Shown here piece by piece: positions 1 through 9,423 of a stretch of 64,000 nucleotides of DNA. This stretch comes from Patescibacteria group bacterium (GTDB lineage Bacteria > Patescibacteriota > Microgenomatia > UBA8517). The DNA is taken from positions 16,457 to 80,456 of the forward strand of contig JALHYA010000004.1 in assembly GCA_022868165.1 (NCBI GenBank). The letters are read 5' to 3'. How positions within the stretch are numbered: the stretch's first letter is position 1; every line of letters starts with the position of its first letter. A model generated the notes under the pieces. The model was not told the origin of the DNA, searched no databases, and saw only the letters and a program-made list of their open reading frames with translations. The translations under genes were made by a program, and so were the position numbers.

Positions 1-2
1 TC

Positions 3-128
3 TCTACTGGACTAATAGGTTTGGTTATCGTAATTACTGCAATATTTATTGTCGACCTGGTTGGAACTCTTATCGGAATTCCGAACATTCTTAATATCAG
101 CCAACTTTTCAACCAAATTACTAAATAA
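3..128 (+). CDS. C-terminal fragment of an upstream membrane protein (partial at window edge); hydrophobic ...GLIGLVIVITAIFIVDLVGTLIGIPNILNISQLFNQITK*
   Basis: Open frame from the window edge to TAA at 126-128, TM-like composition; no further support. Confidence 0.3.
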   Translation, partial: STGLIGLVIVITAIFIVDLVGTLIGIPNILNISQLFNQITK

Positions 129-131
129 TAA

Positions 132-461
132 ATGTTACTCGCACAAGAACCTATTTCGAATCCAATCGGTCCTAAATTCTCATCGGGGGTGGGTTTCTTC
201 CAAAAGTTTATTCCCTCATTAATAGGAATCGCTTTTGTTGTTGGCTCCTTGGTTTTCTTTTTTGTTATGATAATCGGAGCAATTCAATGGATTACATCGG
301 GCGGAGATAAGGCAGCAATAGAAGCCGCTAGGGGGAAAATTGCAAATGCAGTAATTGGTTTCGTACTTCTTTTGACGGTTTTCGCAATCATTAAGGTAAT
401 CGAGAGCTTTTTTGGAATAAACATACTAATACTTGACATTGGTATTCTGAAAATTCAATAA
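132..461 (+). CDS. VirB2/TrbC-like T4SS pilin, paralog 1 (CPR-type small membrane pilin)
   Basis: 109 aa, hydrophobic N-terminal segment, conserved 'GGDKAAIEAARGKI..' motif followed by a second TM helix; three tandem paralogs share this architecture. Confidence 0.55.
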   Translation: MLLAQEPISNPIGPKFSSGVGFFQKFIPSLIGIAFVVGSLVFFFVMIIGAIQWITSGGDKAAIEAARGKIANAVIGFVLLLTVFAIIKVIESFFGINILILDIGILKIQ

Positions 462-472
462 TAGTTCATAGC

Positions 473-808
473 ATGCTAAATCTTTTGTACGCAGCCACCG
501 ATATTAATCTTCAGCCCTCCGGCCAATTTTCCCAACTTGGAAACTTAACTATCGGCGGAATTGTGTCGGGACTGATTAGATTTATTCTGGTAGTTGCAGC
601 ACTTGTGTTTTTCTTCATCTTGGTTATCGGCGGAATTCGCTGGATAGCATCAGGGGGTGACAAAGCACAAACGGAAGCCGCTAGAAATCAAATTACGGCA
701 GCATTGGTCGGCTTGGTTATTGTTTTTGCCGCTTGGGCGATAGTCCAGCTAATTAACACATTCTTCGGAATCAACATCTTCCAACTCACAATTCCTTCAG
801 CGGTTTGA
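473..808 (+). CDS. VirB2/TrbC-like T4SS pilin, paralog 2
   Basis: 111 aa; 'SGGDKAQTEAARNQI' motif, two TM helices, paralogous to 132-461 and 1340-1639. Confidence 0.55.
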   Translation: MLNLLYAATDINLQPSGQFSQLGNLTIGGIVSGLIRFILVVAALVFFFILVIGGIRWIASGGDKAQTEAARNQITAALVGLVIVFAAWAIVQLINTFFGINIFQLTIPSAV

Positions 809-864
809 GCTCTAGAGGTTAGAAATTGGAAGCTAGAAACTAGATTATGAAGTTGGATAGTGGA
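809..864. repeat. Palindromic mini-repeat, GAGGTTAGAA/GGAAGTTGGA unit family (copy A), intergenic between convergent genes
   Basis: gaggttagaaattggaagctagaaactagattatgaagttggatagtggattag; related copies at 1255-1310, 3836-3925, 39935-40030, 40553-40636. Confidence 0.6.
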
Positions 865-1230
865 TTAGAACTTTCTCCAATTCTCTTTAAGTTTTGTAAG
901 CTTCCTACCAACAACATTATATCTTTCGATTAGTTCGTCGGCTTTATTGGGCGAAAGATACTTCCTCGCTTTGGCAAAAGCTATGTGATTTATCATCTCA
1001 TTTGCCTCCCCGATTGCGTCTCTGAGAAATTTTTTGAATACGGCCACCGTTTCTCTTTTTGCGTATCCTTCTGCAATAAGGGCGGGAATAGCTCTAGAAG
1101 CTCTTCGCATTTGGTCGGTCAAAAGAAATTCTTCACGTCTCGGGAATTCCTTAATCAGATCCTCAATTTCCAAAGACAACCCGAACGATTCTTCGTAAAC
1201 GTCTAAATCAAGAAAGCTTTTAATTGCCAT
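865..1230 (-). CDS. Four-helix-bundle protein (23S rRNA intervening-sequence protein family)
   Basis: 121 aa; 'LLTDQMRRASRAIPALIAEGYAKR' matches the conserved core of the 23S rRNA-IVS / four-helix-bundle family (TIGR02436-like). Confidence 0.65.
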   Translation of the reverse strand: MAIKSFLDLDVYEESFGLSLEIEDLIKEFPRREEFLLTDQMRRASRAIPALIAEGYAKRETVAVFKKFLRDAIGEANEMINHIAFAKARKYLSPNKADELIERYNVVGRKLTKLKENWRKF

Positions 1231-1254
1231 CTCGTTTCACTATCCCACATCTAT

Positions 1255-1310
1255 CCTCGCTAATCCAGCCTCTCACTTCTAACTTCCAACCTCTAAACCA
1301 GGCTTGCTCA
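1255..1310. repeat. Palindromic mini-repeat, same family (copy B, reverse orientation)
   Basis: tctcacttctaacttccaacctctaaacc is the reverse complement of the ggtttagaggttggaagttagaagtgaga unit. Confidence 0.55.
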
Positions 1311-1339
1311 AAGCACTTCATTAGGTTAAACTTTGCTTA

Positions 1340-1639
1340 ATGTTGGCTCAAGCTGGAAGTTCAGATGTCGCAAAACTCTCAGATCTCGAGGGTGTCTTTG
1401 GAAATGTAGTTGGGATACTTTTAGGGCTAGCAGGTATTGCGCTGTTTATAATGCTTGTGGTCGGGGGTTTTAAATACATCACAGCCGGAGGAGACCCCAA
1501 AGGAATCGAGAGCGCAAAAAAAACCCTGACTTATGCAATCGGCGGAATTGTACTAATTGCTGCAGGATTTTTAATTCTTCAATTCATAAAGCAATTTACG
1601 GGAGTTGATGTAACACAATTTAGAATTTTCCAACCATAA
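1340..1639 (+). CDS. VirB2/TrbC-like T4SS pilin, paralog 3
   Basis: 99 aa; 'AGGDPKGIESAKKTL' motif, two TM helices. Confidence 0.55.
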   Translation: MLAQAGSSDVAKLSDLEGVFGNVVGILLGLAGIALFIMLVVGGFKYITAGGDPKGIESAKKTLTYAIGGIVLIAAGFLILQFIKQFTGVDVTQFRIFQP

Positions 1640-1646
1640 ATGAGTC

Positions 1647-3806
1647 ATGGACTCGTTTAAACCTGCCACCTTAAAAATTTTTAGTCTAATTTCTCTTCTT
1701 TTTTCCCTATATACCCTATACCAAATACTTATCCCTCGCACCGCGTTGGCCCAGGTTCCCCAACCCTATGTTCCCTGCAACGAAACTCGACCAAACGAAT
1801 TCAACTCTTTAAGGCCTTATCAGGCAAGCCCGTGTGTCAAGGAGGTATCCCAAACGGCAAATTTTTGCGGCAACCGCCTGGTTCTAACCGATAGCGTAAC
1901 TGCCGTGCAAACAACCTCCCCTGCCTATGCTCCAAACTGCACTTTTATTGAAAATAATCTTTACCAATGTACATATAAAGTTACCGGCAAAACAGCGAAT
2001 TATAAAATCGACCTTTCTAAAGCAAAGTTTCCAATTCTTGGCAACACCGAAGATAATTTAAACGACGCACAAAAAACAAACGACTATGTCAGCTGGTATC
2101 TTAACGGGGTGAACAATAGGGCCGAGTCGACCTATCTTAATTCAAACAATCCAACGGATTTGGACAAACTTGTAAACTTTTCGGGTCCTTTAAATAAACT
2201 CCTCCCTTGGGAGGTTCAACTCAATGATAGAATTACCTCCATCAAGGCGGCCGGCAATAGCCAACACGACCAGATGGTCGCCTGTGAGGTCGCAGGAATT
2301 CCTGTTCCCTGCAACGACCAAGGTGTAATTGGCTTGATAGATACAAAATTGAGACTCTCCTACTGGAATGGCCATCTTCCCCCTCTTCCGAGTGACTCAA
2401 AATATCAGGGAAAAGACTTCAGTGTTTATTGGAAAGATTATCAAAGATGGAGAGGAAATAGCTGCACCCCCGACTTCACAATCCCTGTTATAAACAAAAA
2501 TATTTATCTCTGTTTTGACAATCCCTTAAAACCAAACTTTTGGTCAAACCTTTTTGCATATATCCCGATGTCTTCGACAGAAGACAGAAAAGGGGAAGTT
2601 GCAGTAGAATCGCAAAACGTAAGTGCTGCTTCCCCCGACTTAAAGATCAGTAACGTTAACCTAACGACCACGCCTGCCGACCTGTTTTTCGCACACACCG
2701 AAGAAGCCAATGGTCTTGCTGAAAAACTACAGATGACTTTCGTTCCGCAAGGCGGAGACACAACCGGGGCCGTAACAGGGGTGTCGCCGGCAGAGGCCTG
2801 CGACTTAACAAATATTCGTTCGAACCCCGGGGACAATCTTTTCGCGGGAACCATCGACGGGAATCTAACCTACGACGCAGAATTTACTTGCAACTTCCAG
2901 GGAATCGCTACCGAGAGTGCCTGTAAAAAAGATGTTTCTGTCGGCCTTGGCGTAACAACAAAAACTCCTTTGGCGGATGATTTATGGTCAAGATTGGTTG
3001 CGGGCCCAGCAGGAATTTTTAAAAGAATATTTCCCAAGGTAGGCGAGGGAGGCGCAATTTTGGGAATTCTTGATATTCCGGCTGCAACCAAGGTTAGTTA
3101 TTCGGGAAGCGGAGTTTCTGCGGCAAACCCAGGCCAGCGTTCCGGGGAAAGCGCGGAACTTTACTTTCCTCACGTCGGAGGAATCTCCGAATATTTCTTA
3201 AAAGGAATTCAAACCATACTTCGGCCAAAAGGCTTCGGTGAACAAATTATATCGGGAGAGCCCGGAACTTTTACCTCAAGCGGGAAAATAAACTGCGATA
3301 CCTCTGCCCCCGATGTTTCTCTTCGAGGAACGATTGATAAGCAGGCCTATTTTCAACTCGCCCTAAACTGGCTCGGGGGCCAACCGGGAACCAATGCTCT
3401 CGAGTGTTATAACGACACTGTTAGAAAAGCGAGGGAAGCCGGAATAAATACGGCACTTACGCTTTGGCTCTGGTTACACGAAAGCGATGCCAGCAACTAC
3501 GACTTGGGATACCTTCAAGATTTCGGCGCGGCCAGTCCTGCTCCTGTTGGTTATGTTGACCAGATAAATGAATTCTTCGCCCGCGCCAGAAGATATACCC
3601 CGAGTAGTCCTCTCTGCTCCGGGAGAAATGTAACCCCCATACAGGCTTTCGCTTACATTTATAAGTCGGGTACGTGCGACCCTAATACGACAGATGCCCA
3701 CGGAGTATCCGCCGCCGATTTTTACCAAGCAATGGTTGACCAGTGGTCTTTGGTATCTAGTTGTCCATTTCCCAATTCTCCGACAGATACCAGTTGTCAG
3801 AATTAA
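1647..3806 (+). CDS. Large secreted/N-terminally anchored Cys-rich protein of unknown function (T4SS-associated)
   Basis: 719 aa, N-terminal hydrophobic anchor, many Cys, no recognisable catalytic motif. Confidence 0.5.
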   Translation: MDSFKPATLKIFSLISLLFSLYTLYQILIPRTALAQVPQPYVPCNETRPNEFNSLRPYQASPCVKEVSQTANFCGNRLVLTDSVTAVQTTSPAYAPNCTFIENNLYQCTYKVTGKTANYKIDLSKAKFPILGNTEDNLNDAQKTNDYVSWYLNGVNNRAESTYLNSNNPTDLDKLVNFSGPLNKLLPWEVQLNDRITSIKAAGNSQHDQMVACEVAGIPVPCNDQGVIGLIDTKLRLSYWNGHLPPLPSDSKYQGKDFSVYWKDYQRWRGNSCTPDFTIPVINKNIYLCFDNPLKPNFWSNLFAYIPMSSTEDRKGEVAVESQNVSAASPDLKISNVNLTTTPADLFFAHTEEANGLAEKLQMTFVPQGGDTTGAVTGVSPAEACDLTNIRSNPGDNLFAGTIDGNLTYDAEFTCNFQGIATESACKKDVSVGLGVTTKTPLADDLWSRLVAGPAGIFKRIFPKVGEGGAILGILDIPAATKVSYSGSGVSAANPGQRSGESAELYFPHVGGISEYFLKGIQTILRPKGFGEQIISGEPGTFTSSGKINCDTSAPDVSLRGTIDKQAYFQLALNWLGGQPGTNALECYNDTVRKAREAGINTALTLWLWLHESDASNYDLGYLQDFGAASPAPVGYVDQINEFFARARRYTPSSPLCSGRNVTPIQAFAYIYKSGTCDPNTTDAHGVSAADFYQAMVDQWSLVSSCPFPNSPTDTSCQN

Positions 3807-3835
3807 GCCATTGTTGGCACTGGTAAGGCTAGTGT

Positions 3836-3925
3836 ATTATTTATTGTTAGAGGTTAGAAGTTTGAAATGGGAAGTTAGAAAATTCCAATATCTAGCATCG
3901 ATGTCTAGCGTCCAGCATCCAACTT
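3836..3925. repeat. Palindromic mini-repeat, same family (copy C) with internal inverted arms
   Basis: gaggttagaagtttgaaatgggaagttagaaaattcc...ctagcatcgatgtctagcgtccagcatccaacttccca (tgggaagtt.. / ..aacttccca inverted). Confidence 0.6.
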
Positions 3926-3943
3926 CCCACATCAAACAAAAAA

Positions 3944-5629
3944 ATGTCAAAAATAAAAAAATTATTAACAAAATCAATTTTGTCCCTGTTTATTTCTCTG
4001 CTTTTTATTTTTTCGTTTGCCCCATCAGCTTATGCTCAAAATTGGTTTAGCCAATCTCCTTCCGAATGGTACACAAAAGTTTATGATACAAATAATCCCA
4101 CAGAAATTTTTGGAGAAAGATATACGGCTGCGCAGGTTGAATGGGTTATCTACACAATTCTTTTCTGGCTTCCAACCAAAATCATTGGACCCCAGGTAAT
4201 GAGCTGTGCACTTTCGGGGGATCTATCCTCTTGCATCGAAAGCCTTTTTTCCTCCTCTACAACCCAGCCCCAGCCGCTAGCGACATCTAGCGAGAGCCTT
4301 TTATCTGCAGTCTTTCTCGAGGAACGTCCAATTTCTGCCATTACATATTTCAAAGACTTGGCCCGCAAATTCAAACTTATTCCGGAAGCCCAAGCACAAG
4401 GTTTTGGTTTCCAGTATGCTCTAAGTCCAGTTCTTGAAATGTGGAAGGCTTCGCGAAATGTTGCTTACGGCCTTATTATTTTGGCAACAATTATTTTGGC
4501 TTTTATGATAATGTTTCGGGTTAAAATATCTCCCCAAGTTGTTATCTCCGTACAGTCCGCAATCCCCAAGCTGGTAATTGCATTAATCTTAATCACTTTT
4601 TCCTATGCAATAGCGGGTTTTCTTATCGATTTGATGTACGTTGTAATTGGACTCGTGAGCCTCGTTGGAAAGGGGTTCTTCCCCTCGGCCCTTCATTTAT
4701 CTTCTACATCAATTTTTAGGTTACTTACCGAGGGACACTTTTTTAATATTAACGTTCCATTGGGCGCAATCGGTTTAATGGCCCTATATCTTTTCTTTTT
4801 CTGTCTAATTCTTGCTCTTACTCTTTTGATGACCCTCGGCACTGTAGGAGTGGGTTTGGGAGCAGTTCTTGGGGCCGTGGGCATTACGTCGATTACAGCT
4901 GGAACGGGAGGTACTTTTGGTATTATTCTTATCATAATCGGTGCTTTGGTTCTCCTTATTCTTTTGGTTAGCCTCCTATGGATGGCGTTTAAAACTCTCT
5001 GGACTATTCTTAAGGCATATGTAACAGTGCTCTTGCTAACCATTTTCGCTCCGTTTCAACTTCTTCTTGGAGTAATTAGTTCTAACTTCGGTTTTGGGGC
5101 CTGGCTAAAAAGTTTCGTTTCGAATCTTTCAACTTTTATTGTCGTTGGGGTTCTTTTCCTTTTGTCTTTCGTTTTTCTTTTTCAAGGCTTCAGCCTAGCA
5201 TTCCAAGAGTTTGTGGGTGGAAACGTTGTTCAGCGTTTTTTTAGTGTGATATTTGGAACGGGGGCAGTAAGCCTTTTTACAGGTTCTACCAACGCCAGCT
5301 GGCCTCCCCTTTTGGGTCTGGGAGGAAATAGCGGAGTCGCGCTTTTGTTTCTTGGGGTAAGTTTTGTCCTCTTCACTATGATTCCAAAGGCGTCTGATAT
5401 AATAAAGTCCATGATTGAAGGAAAACCGTTCGCCTATGGAACAGCAATTGGGGAAGTCGCAGCGCCTTTTAGAATGGTTGCGGGCTCACCTCCTGGCCGG
5501 GTAATCCAGGACGCCTTGACGCGCAAGGGCACATCCCAAACAATTACTAAAGTTGCAACTCGACTTCCAGCAGGTTCAGTTAGGACTTTTCTTGAGGATC
5601 TGGCGGCTGGAACTAGCAGGCGACCTTGA
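3944..5629 (+). CDS. VirB6/TrbL-like polytopic inner-membrane T4SS channel protein
   Basis: 561 aa, signal-like N-terminus followed by >8 predicted TM helices; sits between pilin and VirB4 genes. Confidence 0.5.
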   Translation: MSKIKKLLTKSILSLFISLLFIFSFAPSAYAQNWFSQSPSEWYTKVYDTNNPTEIFGERYTAAQVEWVIYTILFWLPTKIIGPQVMSCALSGDLSSCIESLFSSSTTQPQPLATSSESLLSAVFLEERPISAITYFKDLARKFKLIPEAQAQGFGFQYALSPVLEMWKASRNVAYGLIILATIILAFMIMFRVKISPQVVISVQSAIPKLVIALILITFSYAIAGFLIDLMYVVIGLVSLVGKGFFPSALHLSSTSIFRLLTEGHFFNINVPLGAIGLMALYLFFFCLILALTLLMTLGTVGVGLGAVLGAVGITSITAGTGGTFGIILIIIGALVLLILLVSLLWMAFKTLWTILKAYVTVLLLTIFAPFQLLLGVISSNFGFGAWLKSFVSNLSTFIVVGVLFLLSFVFLFQGFSLAFQEFVGGNVVQRFFSVIFGTGAVSLFTGSTNASWPPLLGLGGNSGVALLFLGVSFVLFTMIPKASDIIKSMIEGKPFAYGTAIGEVAAPFRMVAGSPPGRVIQDALTRKGTSQTITKVATRLPAGSVRTFLEDLAAGTSRRP

Positions 5630-5638
5630 AACAACAAA

Positions 5639-8203
5639 CTACCTTCTAAGGATTGGCTTCAATAAAACAATTCTTTCTTCAATGTTAGCTCCAACCTCTG
5701 CAAATTCCTTGGATAATTCCTTCCTGTACGCGTCACTTGCCATGGCCTCCTCCGCTATCCCAGCAAGCATTCCAGCCCTCGCGACAACGGTGGCATAAAA
5801 TTTCGTCATCCTTGCCATATATTCGCCATAGTGTGCATCAATATCGTCTCTTTTCTCGGGCAAATACCTAAAGGCAGTAATCCATTTAGCAATATCCATT
5901 GCCCAATCACTCCTTCTTGATTTGTCTATACCGGCGGCTCCCCACATCCCATGCTCATATGACGTACGAAGTACTACTAAAAGCGGAACAAGCGAGATGG
6001 TCAAGGCTGTCATTGGCAGCTGTTCGTCCCTTTCACCCAAATCGGACCTTTTAAGTAGCTCCTTTAAGTTGTCGGGGCTGGAAAAGAACACTTCCAACTG
6101 ATCCTTCGCTGCCATTTCTGGATCAAGCATTGTAACAACATAGCGAACGGTTTGCCCAATAGTAATCATCCAACGATAGAGTGCTTGATCTCCCATCTTT
6201 TCCCATTTCAACTCGGACATCTTTTCCCCGGTTCTTAACTGATCCCAGACTGTCTGTTGCCCCGGCCTTTCGACCGGTTCGGCCCCTACGTTGACAAATT
6301 TGGGTTTGATGTCTCTATCGCCCTTAAATGAAATTGTATTCAAAAAGTTTAGAGAGGCTATTTCTGGTGGAAAAAAGAAAGGAATTTTCAAAAAAAGAGG
6401 TTTTTCAATTCCGTTCTCGTCTTTGACCATAATTTTAGAATCTTTTATTGATGTTTCCCAATACCAAGCCATCTTTTCCAATAATTTTCGCGTTTTCGGA
6501 TTCCATTCGAAGTTGCCTTCCGGCACCCAAAGTTTGTTCCATGCAGTTCTTAATTTAGGATCCTGATTAACAATTTTTTCTACCTCAATCCAACCCTGTT
6601 TCCAATCTGGAGCATGATCTCCTAGCTCGCTGCGATAATCAGGGCTCGTGGGTGGCAAAAAACCCTTAGACCAGGCCTTGTTTTGATTAACTCTCTCGGT
6701 CTCTCTCCAATAGGCTGGTGTGCTTATGTCGGTCGCAACAGTAGGTCCCCCGAGAGATTTTTCTCTTTTGACATGTAATTCCCAGGGCTCGCTTTTTCTT
6801 TTTTCAATGTCTTTAGTTTCTCGTACATCAATAGAATAATTCCATCCCCACGACATCTCTGCGGAAGACATATGGCCCCAGTCCATCACTACTCCTGCCC
6901 TGGCTACTACTGCAGCCAGTTTGTCCTCTATTTTTCTTGAAGGGGAAAACCAATCCCCAAGCTTCTCTATGTATTTTGCTTTTACAGTGCTAATTAAGTT
7001 GTCCATTCCGACTTGGTCAAAACCTTTAATCCCGTTTTCTTCTTTTTCCAACTTACTTAACTCTTCCCGAGTATTTCCCGTTAGCAAAGTTTCCATTATT
7101 GCCAAATAGGTTCTTTTCTTTTCTTCAACGCTTCCCATGGCGTACCAATTTAGAAGATTAAGCGGAACAGGAGTATCTCCGGTTTTGCCCTTGTAAATAG
7201 CCCAGCCGCCTTCCACTTTGAAATCGCCAATTTTTTGTATAAGCCCTTCTGCATATACCTTGGCTTTTTCTCTAATCTTATCTTTGAGCTTCTCTTCTTG
7301 TGCCCGTTCGGCATCTGGGTCATAGTCGGTAAATACTTTACGAATGAAATATGTTTCTGCCGGTGTCAATTTCTCCATAAAAGTACTATTTGCCGGATCA
7401 TCAAGGTCAATTTGCTGTACCGCAGCAACATTCATTCTCCAATATGCACTGTCATCCTGATACCGAATTGCTTTCTCCCTCAATCCGTCGGCTTTCTCTT
7501 TTAGGACTACTTTCTCCGTATCCGTTAACTTCAATCCAGGCAGTTCTTTGGCAAATGTCCGCTCGTAAAAAGAAGCAGTCGGATCGCTTCGAAGAGGAAC
7601 GCTGACCCACTGCATCATCTTCTTGCCGTCGTAAAAAGCAGGAAGAACGGATCCTAGTCCTTCCAATAATCGAAAGTTGGCCTCACCCCACGTTGCGTCA
7701 ATTGCTATCCTATCTAACCAAGAATCAATCTTTGTCCGAACGTCTTCTTCTGGGCTCGCGCCTGGAACCTTCTCCGGCCACTCCTCTTGCCGGGCTTTTT
7801 GCACGGCTTCGTGCAAATTATCAAACCACATCTCCTGCCTTCTGGAATCGTAAGGATAAGGGCTCTTAAACCTGAGGAGTTGGTTATCAAGCATTCCCTG
7901 AAGCTCGTTTAGCTGCGCTCCCATCAGTTTCTCAAAATTTTTTGGGATCTCTTTTTCTACCCTTGCTGCCAATTCTTCGGCCTCCCTGATTAACTTATCT
8001 TTCTGAGGCCCACTCGCTTCCCTTCTTACTTTATCCAAGTTTGCCAATGCTCTAAGTCCGTTTAAGGTCGCGAGAAAGCTGGGCTCGACATAAAAATACT
8101 CGCGGCCTTCTCCTCTCAAGGGGTCATATTCTCCACCCCCACCCTCCTTGCCCTGTGCTTGGTAGTTAATTCGGGGGCCGAAATCGGGTCTGTTTTCCAT
8201 CAC
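5639..8203 (-). CDS. Large (854 aa) Trp-rich soluble protein of unknown function, antisense within the T4SS-like cluster
   Basis: Long uninterrupted ORF, no TM segments, no recognisable motifs. Confidence 0.5.
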   Translation of the reverse strand: MMENRPDFGPRINYQAQGKEGGGGEYDPLRGEGREYFYVEPSFLATLNGLRALANLDKVRREASGPQKDKLIREAEELAARVEKEIPKNFEKLMGAQLNELQGMLDNQLLRFKSPYPYDSRRQEMWFDNLHEAVQKARQEEWPEKVPGASPEEDVRTKIDSWLDRIAIDATWGEANFRLLEGLGSVLPAFYDGKKMMQWVSVPLRSDPTASFYERTFAKELPGLKLTDTEKVVLKEKADGLREKAIRYQDDSAYWRMNVAAVQQIDLDDPANSTFMEKLTPAETYFIRKVFTDYDPDAERAQEEKLKDKIREKAKVYAEGLIQKIGDFKVEGGWAIYKGKTGDTPVPLNLLNWYAMGSVEEKKRTYLAIMETLLTGNTREELSKLEKEENGIKGFDQVGMDNLISTVKAKYIEKLGDWFSPSRKIEDKLAAVVARAGVVMDWGHMSSAEMSWGWNYSIDVRETKDIEKRKSEPWELHVKREKSLGGPTVATDISTPAYWRETERVNQNKAWSKGFLPPTSPDYRSELGDHAPDWKQGWIEVEKIVNQDPKLRTAWNKLWVPEGNFEWNPKTRKLLEKMAWYWETSIKDSKIMVKDENGIEKPLFLKIPFFFPPEIASLNFLNTISFKGDRDIKPKFVNVGAEPVERPGQQTVWDQLRTGEKMSELKWEKMGDQALYRWMITIGQTVRYVVTMLDPEMAAKDQLEVFFSSPDNLKELLKRSDLGERDEQLPMTALTISLVPLLVVLRTSYEHGMWGAAGIDKSRRSDWAMDIAKWITAFRYLPEKRDDIDAHYGEYMARMTKFYATVVARAGMLAGIAEEAMASDAYRKELSKEFAEVGANIEERIVLLKPILRR

Positions 8204-8325
8204 TGTTTATTTTAACACTCCCTCTTTTCAACATACAAACGGCTGTTTGTGAAAAAGGGTTGCTCTTGCGCGGAAGGCTTCACATTGTAACCTAGATTTA
8301 GAGTATCAAAGTACTCCTTTGTTTT

Positions 8326-9423
8326 ATGGAACAACACGCCATACCGCAACAAATATCTTCCTACCAATTCCGGTTGGTGGGAGATATGACCCTCAAGCAG
8401 TTCTTTCAGCTTGCAGGGGGAGCTTTGGTTGCACTTCTTTTCTATGCCGCCCCTCTTCCCGGCTATGTTAAATGGCCTTTTATAATTGTTTCGGCTCTTT
8501 TGGGGGCTGCTCTGGCATTTTTGCCTTTTGAAGAAAGACCGCTGGAGCGATGGATTATTGCTTTCTTTAGAGCCGCCTACTCCCCCACAAGCTTTGTCTG
8601 GCAAGAAACAAAAGCCACGCCCGTGTTTTATCGAGAAGAGGCCAAGGCTCCCACGGAAAAGATAATTGCCCCCGGCGGAGAAGCCGCCTTAAATGCATAT
8701 CTTGCCGCAACTGCCCAACCCCAAGGATTTTTGGGAAAACTAGAACTGGGGGAAAGTGGATTTCTGTCTAAGCTCGGCAAGCTTTTTGGGGCACCCGCGC
8801 CGGTTTCCGCACCGACGGTTGCTGTTCAACCTAGTGTTCCCGTTGCCCCAAGCCCAGCTCCCCTTCCCGCAACCGTGCTGGTTGCCAGACCCCAACAACA
8901 AATTGGGGTAAAGATTCCTACAACTCAATATATTAGAGTTGTTCCTTCGGCAAAACCAAAAATGGTTGTCGAGGAAAAACTAGCCGGCGGTAAGCCAATA
9001 ACCGAAAGGCTGCTTGATATTCAACCCATGGCCGGCCGGGGTTTTGCTCCCGGCGGGAAAGCGGCGCAGTTTTCTCCCGAGGCGGCCCCACCCATTCCGC
9101 CGACCACCCCAAACACCATTGTCGGTCAGGTCCTTGATTCTTCCGGCCGAATTATCGAAGGTGCAATTTTGGAAATTCGCGATGCCGCCGGTCGCCCCGT
9201 ACGAGCTCTTAAAAGCAACAAGGTCGGCCACTTTGTCGTTGTCACCCCATTGCAAAACGGCCGATACGAAATTATTACGGAAAAAGACGGATTTAGTTTT
9301 GACCCTGCAACCTTTGAAGCAACGGGAGAAATAATTCCGCCGATTGCCATTCGCGCCAGAATCAACATCGTCGCCGCCGAACTGCCAACAATCAGCAATC
9401 AGCAATCAACAATCGGCCAATGA
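8326..9423 (+). CDS. PrgI/VirB3-like T4SS membrane protein with a C-terminal beta-sandwich (carboxypeptidase-regulatory-like) domain
   Basis: N-terminus 'LVGDMTLKQFFQLAGGALVALLFY' plus two TM helices typical of the PrgI family; C-terminal 'GQVLDSSGRIIEGAILEIRDAAGRPV..' CarD-like beta-sandwich signature. Confidence 0.5.
   Translation: MEQHAIPQQISSYQFRLVGDMTLKQFFQLAGGALVALLFYAAPLPGYVKWPFIIVSALLGAALAFLPFEERPLERWIIAFFRAAYSPTSFVWQETKATPVFYREEAKAPTEKIIAPGGEAALNAYLAATAQPQGFLGKLELGESGFLSKLGKLFGAPAPVSAPTVAVQPSVPVAPSPAPLPATVLVARPQQQIGVKIPTTQYIRVVPSAKPKMVVEEKLAGGKPITERLLDIQPMAGRGFAPGGKAAQFSPEAAPPIPPTTPNTIVGQVLDSSGRIIEGAILEIRDAAGRPVRALKSNKVGHFVVVTPLQNGRYEIITEKDGFSFDPATFEATGEIIPPIAIRARINIVAAELPTISNQQSTIGQ

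Noticed and set aside
8212-8604. 130-aa minus-strand ORF overlapping the start of the PrgI-like gene
   Set aside because: It overlaps the divergent promoter region and the conserved PrgI N-terminus and has basic low-complexity composition. Likely spurious.
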